From NCBI GenBank assembly GCA_040954595.2, contig CM082577.2, positions 12,903,903 to 12,967,902 of the forward strand: a stretch of 64,000 bases of DNA. Direction: 5' to 3'. The position numbers were made by a program, and so were the translations under genes. This DNA is from Balanoglossus misakiensis (Eukaryota > Animalia > Hemichordata). Below are positions 1 through 11,000 of this stretch, piece after piece; position 1 is the stretch's first letter; every line of letters starts with the position of its first letter. Below the pieces are notes generated by a model. It saw nothing but the letters and a program-made list of their open reading frames with translations, made no database searches and had not been told where the DNA came from.

Positions 1-195
1 AGCGTAGCGCAGCCAGCGGTGGGATTGGGGCAGGGGACCAGACTAAAGGATCGGACTCCATTGTCTCGTCATCATATTTCCAAATGGATTCAAGAAATGA
101 AATTCATTCAATAACCTTCGGGCATTGGTGTAAGGCCGAGAAATACAGTCAGACAGAGTGAGGTAGTTTTAAATGCCAGTGTTTACCTATTTCAG

Positions 196-2927
196 AAACA
201 CTGAATGTCATGCAAAAAGTGACAGACAGAATGCAGTCCCTAATTGACGCCAATCCGAACCAGAGGCTGAATCCCGGGCAGGCAAATCACCTGACAAAGA
301 AAATAACAAAAGTATTCCACCAGTTATCAATGTTTATACTGAACGAGACTACTTGTGGGCATGGACCAATCATCGCGAGAACTCCTTCTCTTGTTCTACA
401 TCTGGAAAAGAACTTTGTGCCCTACTTGAGCAACGTCACCATAATGATTGGAGATGGAAGTGGATTCAATATTCCACCTGCAGACAGTATGTTTCCACAA
501 TTTTCGCGGGACACAGTCTTGAACAGAATGGTCCGTATGCAACTTCGATAACAATAAGACAAAATATCACGTTTCTTTATATCAATCATTACTCTATTCT
601 TGTATATGGATATTTGCATAACTATTTGCCGCCAGTTAACTTTAATGTGATGTCCTGGGAGGCTGTCAGTTTTATATGTGTTATGTCATGGCACCCATTG
701 TCATTTTCGTTTACAAATAAGACCATAAACATTTCTTGTAAGTATAATCTATGGTTTAATGTAGAATTCTGTTGTTGTCATAATGCGTTCTGGTGCTCGG
801 GGAATAATTTAAGTAAGTCTTTTTTTTACACTTAGATTTTCCGTTTCGGTGGGAACCCCCATGGGTTGGCAAATAGGATTCATGGCTTCACTACCGATAT
901 ACTGACCCTGGAATTCAGAGATGGAGATGGTAATGAGATCAAAGGTTGGTTTTCATTAAGGCCATCAGTGATATCCTTACATTCGCATGGAACTCTCAAT
1001 TTTTTTACCTGTTAACGTTGCACCATTTAAACCGGAAATGGCGAATTCCTTGACCTAGAAACCCAGTGACATACTTATAGAAACATACCATCTTGGATGG
1101 CAGAAGTCGATTAATAACCGATTTGTGAAGTTAGTTTTGACATCAGTGTAAATTATCACGGAAAATGTTCCTTTTCAGTGAAACATGCATCAGAGGATCT
1201 CGGTGTATGGCTTGGAAATCATCAGACACCTTTTAATGAAAGCATCGTCAGGGGATTATACGTGGAAAGGGAAGGAGTCACTCACTATGCATTGACAGTA
1301 ACGGTAATCTTCACATACTATATAAAGTTCACTGATCATTGCATTTTTTCTGATCTTGTCTGTAACATATTGCCATTTGATCATCTATCATTATAGAATG
1401 ATAAATAATTTGCGTCATTGTTACATAGGTATCGCTACAGCGATACGCAGATTCCGTTTACCAGCCTTCGGCTTTAATATCAATTTCCTCGACATCATTT
1501 ACAGTGGACATGGCCATAAATTTCGATTTATCTATAGTTGTTTGACCTATAAGTTAAGACACTCTGAAAAGGGTATACAAGATATTTTTTTGTTGTTGTA
1601 GGCGCTATCGGCCTACTCTGCATTTCAAATCATCGTGGAAGCATCAGTGCCTGTCTTCGAGACTACTACAGCATACGTGTCGCTGGAAAGACTTGACGCC
1701 GTCGGTGGCCACAGTGGTTTTCATTATGTAACTGAGTTGGTATTTGCAGGGTGTACAGCATCCATATTTCTACCAGAAGCAAAGGTCACAAGGACGGGCT
1801 TGTATTACATAGTCTTTGACCTTACCAGTGGTAAGATTGTGGTATTGTTTTTTGATGTCACATTCAAAAATCAACATGTACATATTATAGTATGTTCTGC
1901 CACGATCTTGTGATTTCATTCAAGCATAAAGAGCTGCCACGTTTCGCATTTTTTCGTTATTTTTACCTCGTGTGATGATTGCAGGGTAGTGTTTCGCCAC
2001 TTCTGTGTCTATCTGTCTGTCTGTTAGGGCGACATTTCATCAAAGGCTAATCAGAATACGATCACCTCTATTGCACAGGTTTTATATGCAAATGGATGGA
2101 ACTCATTACTTTTTGTGGGGCTCATATTTAGCTAATAACATTCATTGCCAATATAAAGTATGTTACAAGTTCTGGTGAAAATAGCATAATTACCGACTCG
2201 TTGACATATAATCCCCAATTCAATGTTTCTCTGTTGGATTGACGCACACATTGGCGGACATTTTGAATTTAAAATATTAGAAAATTTGGCCTTATGCCGA
2301 AATATTCCATCGTGACCCCTGTTTCACTACTATAAAGATACTCCAGTTAAATTTAAATGAAATAGGTGGAAGAAACCGAAGTAAGTTCTCTTATTCTTTT
2401 TCTCTACAGCCCACGGGGTTGGCATCAAGGTCCTCACTACTCAACACAGATGTAGCTATTTTGATGAGACTAACTGGCAAAATGATGGTTGTAAGGTATG
2501 AACGCTTCTTCCAATTTTGCAATAATTGGTATTGTACTTGCAAGCGATGAAACTGTAGACAAGTGACAATTTGGGTGATTTTAGCGGATACTGTGGATAA
2601 ATATGCAACAAAAACTTAAAATGCAGAGTGTACTGCAACTTACGATTAACGCTGACACGTGGAAACTACTTTTAACTCAATTAGCACTGATGTAATTGAG
2701 GACGCTTTTCCATTATAAATTATAGCCGGGACGTAAACCAAGTGTTTGATCTTGTTTCACTTGCAGAGAAACGCCCACTGCTGTGTCAGTATGTATTTTT
2801 TCTGCTTGTTTTCTTGCAGGTGTCACCAAAATCCGACTTCAATTCTACCCTGTGTCTGTGTAATCACCTGACTGTTTTCAGTGCAATGGTGGGAGTTGTT
2901 CGATCTGATGGACGATGCCACGTTTAA
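196..2927 (+). CDS. Copy A (3' half only): GAIN/GPS region of a secreted C-type lectin-GAIN, polycystin-1-like (PKD1L/REJ-like) protein
   Basis: Phase-compatible GT-AG exons 196-530, 836-944, 1179-1303, 1602-1830, 2410-2495, 2820-2927. Translation includes IFRFGGNPHG..TDILTLEFRDGDGNEIKV and the GPS HRCSYFDETNWQNDGCKVSPKSDFNSTLCLCNHLTVFSAMVGVVRSDGRCHV*. Confidence 0.85.
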
Positions 2928-3830
2928 TACAGGGCGTCCGTTTGGTCTACAGAACTGACAAAATAAGCTTATGAAACGAGTTCTAAACTAATAATGTACC
3001 ATTCAAAATGTGTTCGTGTTTTTAAATTTATTTAATATAAACTTTATGAAGTTTTGGCAATAGATTTTGGTGATAATGCATTAACTGTGAAAAGAATAGC
3101 ATAGAGGTGACAAAAACTTGTCCGAAAGAGAAGCGTTAGGTTGAGTGCGTCTATGATTGATTTGATTATATAGTACGATGTAATTTATACATTTATTTGT
3201 AATCTGCCAGAATAGGATATATACATGTATACATTGATCAATATTTCTGTTTTGTAATAACCAGTACTGTCACTTGCCATTGTAATAACCCGTAATTTCA
3301 CTTGTTATTAATTCGTGGAGTTATAGTATTCTGAAAATAAATTGTATTTGTTTGCCATGGATTGCTTTGGATTATTCTGGTTGACATTAAAGCGTACACT
3401 TACTGTACACTGTGTATGTATGGCGTCTTCCCCCTCCCCCACGAATCACATGACATCCCTCTTTCGCCGTTTCTTTTTTTGCAAAAAAACTGGACTGAAC
3501 TTTCCTTTGAGAAGAAATAAACCACAGAAGTCACAAGTAATCATAACCCGCACCAAAAACTACTTATACGTTTATTTGTAAATGTGTCCTAATACTAACC
3601 ACAAAAATGGTTAATTAACAATAACAGGCAAAGAAAACGGTCTATACTCTCTGTGTGTCTTGGTTAGAATTCTTAATCAGAGCATTTTGTCAGTTTGTGA
3701 TGAGAAATTGCTAAAGGGTGTAACCTTTGATATATAGACTACGGAATCACGTGTTTCAAATACAAATACCATTCAGAACAATGGACGTTATTCATTGGTG
3801 CATATGGCCAGGGAATTACACTATTCAAGT

Positions 3831-4185
3831 TAGTCTCGGTTACCCAGACCCCTCTGCTTCTTCCGTTGGGCACTCCAGAAAGAGGGTCTGGGAATACACC
3901 ATAGACAAATCTCCGGGCAAAGATGGCCGACTCGAGGCAAAAGCGATGCATGATGGTCGACATTCATGACATTTGATATTATGATATGACGATATTAGAA
4001 AACTCTTTACCAAACTTCTCTCTCTCTCTGTTCAATTCGTAGACAGTTTTAGCAGGTCCTGTACTTCTCGGCATGTTTTTTTTATGTTTGAGGCTGCAAC
4101 AATCATGCATGGCCTTTGCCTCTAGTCGGCCATCTTTGCCCGGAGACTGTATATGGTATTTCCCCAGGCTGGGTAACCGATACTA
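3831..4185. mobile_element. Non-autonomous TIR element, AcademH-like (TAG..CTA termini, ~9-bp TSD)
   Basis: TIRs tagtctcggttaccca..tgggtaaccgatacta. The paralogous copy at 34968-35358 has flanks tatccaagt/tatcctagt. Only the right half remains at ~14600-14723 and ~24446-24569, and the element is absent at ~53865. Confidence 0.6.
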
Positions 4186-5078
4186 TATCCTAGTGCTCTA
4201 GTTGATGAGGTCATGCTTTGTTTTTAATTTCTCTTTGAGGGAAATACAACGTTTTCATTTTATTTTGTATTTTTCAAAGGTGGCGGCCATATTCCTCAGT
4301 GGCAAAACTTTGTTATTTTATCTGGTTAAACGAATGTTGGTAGATTTTGCAGATACTTTCTTATCATATGTGCTGTGTTGAATCCATAAGTATGCATCCT
4401 TACCAACATTTCCCGCAACATAAATAAATCATCATCCGAATACTGCAAATTGAGATGGCGTGGGAGGCTGTAGAATATTACAAATTGAATTTCTAGAAGT
4501 ACAAATTTTGAGAATAAGATCTGTTGCCATAAATAAATTAAAGCCACTCTTTCAGTATCTACTTCAGAGCTCCATACCTGTAGGTTAACCTCTCGGCATC
4601 CGCATTGTGGCATTATTATTAGCGTGGAAAATGCAATGAAGAGAAGTAATTCAATATATCTCACATGCGCACTCAAGTGAAACGTATGTTTGCGAGACAA
4701 TATGCCGAATTTCTATTTTTGTATCCAACCGACGTTCTATACAAGATCCCCACTGGTAATGACACGAACATGAACTTTGATGATTAATACCACTTTTGTT
4801 TAATTTGTCGATTAACCGGGAGCAACAAGTTTAATATTAATTAATTCCATTTCATCTTGCGACAGTCATAAAACATTAATTATAAGGTCACGCATTTCTT
4901 AACATGTGTATAATACAAATGTGAATACATCTAACGCATAAATGAAAGAACACAACTCAGCGTCTCCATTTAGCACCAGATCTCTCTCTGCAGTGCTTAC
5001 AATTCTTTGCAAAACACACATATTTTGTCAAGATATTCATATATAAAATGATCGCAGATTAGCCGCAAACTCGCAACC

Positions 5079-8000
5079 ATGGCTTGCAAGAGAAGCTGTA
5101 AAAGGTTACAATATTGTCGTGAAATACCTTTCAAGTTAACACTCGTCGCTACATTCGTGATGTTGTCGATGACATTACTGCAGCAAGCAGGTAAGACACT
5201 AATTTGGGGTTTTGTATGTTCAGAAAGTTTGAAGTTCCTCAAAACAGGAACTCATAATTCGTATCATTGTTTCATGTATGATTGTAATAAGACTAAAGGT
5301 TTAATATCCAGATTGCATCAACGTTTTCCATTTTTACGCTGGGATGGGTCACGCTGAAGCCTACACGTTTTGTGAGCGATTGGGTCTTCGCCTCGTTAAA
5401 GATGACAGCGAAGAAAAACAAACAGCTCATAAAGGAACATTTTCCGTGATAATTTACACGGATGTCAAAACTAAATTCACAAATTGATTATTAATCGACA
5501 TCTGCCATCCAAGATGGTATGTTTATATAAGTATGTCACTGGGTTTCTAGGTAAAGGAATTGGCCATTTCCGGTTTAAATGGTGCAAAGTTAACTGGTAA
5601 AATATTGAGAGTTCCATGCCAATGTAAGGATACCATTGATGGCCTTAATGAAAACGAACCTTTAATCTCGTTACCATCTTCATCTCTGAATTCAGAAAGT
5701 TTGAAGTTCCTCAAAACAGGAACTCATAATTCGTATCATTGTTTCATGTATGATTGTAATAAAGACTAAAGGTTTAATATCCAGATTGCATCAACGTTTT
5801 CCATGTTTACGCTCGGATGGGTCACGCTGAAGCCTACACGTTTTGTGAGCGATTGGGTCTTCGCCTCGTTAAAGATGACAGCGAAGAAAAACACACAGCT
5901 ATACTAAAATCTTTAATGGAACGAGGCCACGCAGACGGGAATCTCTGGTATTTCTGGCTAGATGCTCGAGTGAATGACAACGGAGACGTAGTCACAAGAG
6001 ACGGGGAAATTTTGACCTACAAGCCATCGGTTGAAAAGGTTGTTGGGGAGTGCCTCTCAATGATAAAGTGAGTTGACGATTTCGTATATATATTAAAATA
6101 TGAAAAAAAAGTTTGTGTGGACATTATAATATAGCTTAAGGTGGCATTGCATGAAAACTTGTGATTTTTGCCAAATTTTACTTTTTTACATAAATCGGTA
6201 GGCCTAATACTGGCCCACACCCTGACTAATACGTCTTGGCGGAAATGGTGCATAATCACCCCAAAATAGCACTTTTCTGAATGAGTTCACAGCTTAACAA
6301 ATAGGTGTCAACAATGCAAATGGCCGTTTTTCTCAGTTTGCATTTTCGCTGCTCTTGACAACTTCAGACGAAAATAGCTTCGCTCTGCGTTGGCCGAATT
6401 TGCTCAAATTTTAACTGGGGATTGTGTATGACCCATCCAACAAAATGGTATTTTTGTTAGTCGATAAAGTGTCCCTGGCGGGAATAAACTCTGATTCAAT
6501 ACAACTCGCCGTGAATTTGATCAAATTGTACTAAAAATCTAACTTTCAAACGCTGTTTCTCCTCAATGGAAGCAGATAACGCAAAACAAAATTACCGTTT
6601 TTTGCACGTGCACTCTAGTTTCGAATGACATATTAAGATGCATGATGCATGGTCAACTTTTTTACCTATTTTAAATTTCATGACATAATATCAAAAAATG
6701 GTTTTTTTCACCCAAAATCGCCACCATTTCCGGGGATCAATAATATTTGTAACTCAAAATCTCAGCTTCCAGAATATATATGGTTTATGGGGTTTTTAAC
6801 TTTGTCTTTGATGAGAAATAGGCCTCTGAAAAAGTCTCGACGGTTTCATGCAATGCCACCTTAACATAAAGCAATCACATGGAATCATGTGCAGAAGCAT
6901 GCCCCGCCGCCCGGCCCCGGCCAAGCCAAGATTTCCAGGCACAAACGCTGTAGGTTCGAAACAAAAGGATACCTTACTTGGGGTGTGAACTGACTGTCAA
7001 TCGATGTTAGATCTACAAATACCAATGTTTGCTCTTGGGTTATTTGTGGGTCCCTCTCGCGTGTGCAAATGGGAGAAGTTTCAGTCCTCCGCCTATAGGT
7101 GTGAAATGGAAATTGTTCCACCTCGTTTGTAGTTTATTTACTGTTTTGATAGTCATAAGCCATTAATTCGGAAATGCGGAATTTTTCCGCTCTCGGGGGA
7201 TTAGCCTACCTACATGATTTGTGCTAGCCAATCTCATCATTCATAGTTATATATCAGTTGAGACAGAATTGATTAAAACTTTAATGATATCCCTACAGAT
7301 GTTACAATAGGTATTGTCTTCAGAACACAATTTTGGCAGTTGCGCACCGATACCTCGATTTTATGGGAAATTTTAATCGTCAACATTTACCTCATTTGTC
7401 TAGTATTAGACCAAGTTTACCTAATTCTCAATTGTCTCCGAGTCTTAACCAAATTAAAGGGGAACTGTAGAAAACGTTTTATGTAGTTTGACAGATGTGC
7501 GGCCTGACAGGCGTTAATTGGGTGAAACTTTAACGTACTTACATTCCATTTTAATTCACAGACAAGGAATCTGGGAATATATCCGGTGTTCGGTACCACG
7601 TCACCCTTTATGTGAAAATACAAGTAGGTTATAGTTTAATGAAGATTTTCGCAACTTTTACTCGATTTCGAATTTTATGGGAAAGAATTGGCGTTGTTTT
7701 CTAATCTGCAGCATCTTTCGAACTTACTACCACATGGAATGATATGGTGGGTGCATACCAGCTATGTGAAAAGCTTGGGTTGCGTCTTCTAACTGACACC
7801 ACTGACTGGAAAATCAAGCAATACTGTGCGTCCCTTGGGTGCCATGAAGTGCCTGCTCGGGGTGTATGGATTGATGCTACCGTCACGGCAGATGGTACTG
7901 TGAAGACGGGCAGCGGTTTGATATTGGAACACACGCATTTTGCTCCCGACCAGCCACTCGATGCCGGATCGTGTATTAGAATCACGTGAGTCGATGTCTG

Positions 8001-11000
8001 TTCACGCTATTTTCCAGAATACCCAACAATAGACGTTGTTTTATCATTGTTTTCATGACTTTAACTGTTAAGGCGTTGGAACTTCCGAGATTACGTGACA
8101 GTTCACTGATTTGAATATCTGTGTATTGTTATGTTTTCCTATCCCAAAGATTACACTCTATTGCTAAAAAATCACTTTGCACTGTATCTGGTATTTTGCC
8201 AAGTTTATGTTTTATGGTTTGGTAACTAACTGTATCTTTTTTATCGTCTGAATTGCAAAGCACATTTTGAACATGATACTTTACAGCTAACGCTGATTGC
8301 AATATCATTCCAACCCCGGCCGTACAGCATAATAGACAGTGAATGTAGGAAATTTATCAGAACCATGTCCATACCAAATTTGACTCTTAAAATTCAAAGT
8401 ACAGTAATTATTGTAGACATTGTAAACTTCAATAAGCGTTGAATAGTGAATCTTTATACAGGTGTACTGCGGCTACATGTTTATGGAAAACTGAACCTTG
8501 TAAAAAATACCTGTATGTTGTTTGCGAGGATAACGGTAAGTATTTGATAAATCTCGTTCATTAATGTTCCTTTTCCTATATATTTGACTGTCTGTATAGT
8601 TTTGTGGTATGAACACATACACCAAATGCCACTAAAAATGGAATGTGGACAAATGCATACGCGTACATTTATCCGCGCGGAAGGGAGTCACATTGGAAAT
8701 ATCCAAATGTATAATGGACCATTAATTTTTTGTTTTCGGTAAATTGATAATTGAAAAAAAAAGCTGTACTAATCATCAACGTGTTCGTGTCGTAATCAGA
8801 TGAGATAATTCACGTATATATGGACACAATTAATAGAAATTCGGCGTTTTGTCTTGCACATTTGATTTCCATGTACGTTAAATGGTCTGCTTTTAATGCC
8901 TTGTCTACACCAAGTGCTTAACCCAGCATAAGGGGGCTCCGAAGTACATCTCGATATGGTCACATTTTATTACTCTCAAACTTCGCAAGTTCGAGAGTAA
9001 GTATACACATAATAAATAACGCATGAAATTACTATCAAATATGACTACCATAAGCCGAAAAGGGAAAGGAAATGATTAAACAAGTTGCTCAAAGAAATGG
9101 ATGAATTGAATTTAGATCCCTGAAGAAGATCCTCAGTGAAGGATCGAAACGTTGGTAAGACAAGTTTTTAACAAACCCGACGCTTGTCTCCTCATCGAAC
9201 TGAAACAAAGGTTGTTTACAATAGGGTTTACGTCATAATATAACCTGGGGAGATTTTGTTGAAGTACTTTTGTTTGGGGAAATAAAATTCAAATTTTGCC
9301 ATCTCTCATATTATCTGCACTTTACATTTGCAACATCCAGGTGATGACTTACTTCTACTGCGGGAGAGGTTGGTCAAGATAAGTGACGATGAATTCAGAA
9401 CAGCAGATGTGGTAAGAAATGTTCCAATCATTTGAGACTGATGTAATGCACTGTAATGGATAACGCCACAAGTTAGCGAAATCCATTTAAGAGACAGAAC
9501 ATTTTTGACAAATAATTCTACGTTCTAAATAATTTCACATAATGCTATAAGCCACATACTATGTACTGCAGAATTCACAATAGCAGCAACAACCGCCAAA
9601 CTAGAAACACCGTATTTCTTTGATACCGACAACGCGTTATCAAATTATGTAATTGTCTTTACACGTATATTAAAGGTCACTATGTGATATAACTATTTTC
9701 TGACAACTAAAGATTCATACTAAATAATTCTACATAAGGCTATAAAGCCACATACTTAATAATTGTCTTTTCTTTTTCCAGGGTATTAGTGTAATTGACA
9801 AGTTGGACACTGTAACCTCTGACCTTTCAAATGAATGTGTCATATTTGAAGGAAGAATTCTATTTGCAAAAGGTATTGTGATATATGTGTTGTTTAAATC
9901 AAGATGATTCTGTGACATCTGTTTATATCCATCACATTCAATATCATCCAATGATGTAAAAATCGCATCAAGGTCACAGTGGTCCCATTGAGTGATTACA
10001 CAAGAAAAAGTCTACAACGGAGTACATGGCCATATACAGACAGACAGACACACACACACACACACACACACACCCATAGCGAGAGATCAATGGGCAAACA
10101 CTGACTGACCCATAAGCTGCCAATGGCATATGTACTGTACACATACTAAATAGAACAGCTGGCCTCTTTAAAACTTAGCCAGTTATGTAATCATGCAGGA
10201 ATTTGCTGTGTATATAAATATCACAGGATGGGGTTCCTGCCTAATTAAAACAACTCAATAAAGTAAATACACACCACTTTGTAAAGCAATCTGACCAGTA
10301 GTTCTTGAGTTTTGACCAAATTCACATTTTCCCAGCTAATTTGCGTATTTTTGGGCCTGGGAACTTCATTTGAACAAACTCCCATCTACAGCCCTGCCTG
10401 CACCTACACACCAAATATTTAGGTGATACGCGCAGCGGTTTTCAAGTTTTGATGTGGACGACATACTAACATACATCCATCCATACATACATACATACAG
10501 ACGCAACCCATCCCATAAGGTCCCATGGTATATATACCTATACAAATGGGACCTAAAAACGATATTGGTAGCAGAAAAAATACCACCTTACAATTATAAA
10601 GCTTACCGAAAATGCGTCAACTACTGTTCGTTTGTTTCCACAAATCATGCAAATTATTGGTGACCGTCAAATATCTTACATGTAGCTTAAGGAAACTTCG
10701 AGCATTGGACGTGTCCAACTGTTGAATGATACCCTGAATTAGAAGTAGGATAGGATAGTCTGGTCCCCTGCCCTTTAGCGTAGCGCAGCAAGCGGTGGGA
10801 TTGGGGCAGGGGACCAGACTAAAGGATCGGACTCCATTGTCTCGTCATCATATTTTCAAATGGATTCAAGAAATGAAACTCATTCCATAACCTTCGGGCA
10901 TTGGTGTAAGGCCGAGAAAGACAGTCAGACAGAGTGGGGTAGTTTTAAATGCCAGTGTTTACATATTTCAGAAACACTGAATGTCATGCAAAAAGTAATA

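Noticed and set aside
7299-7470. Candidate exon after tccctacag in intron 2
   Set aside because: The translation has no lectin features and runs to a stop. Exon 7562-7623 supplies the expected W..C..LCE end in the correct phase.
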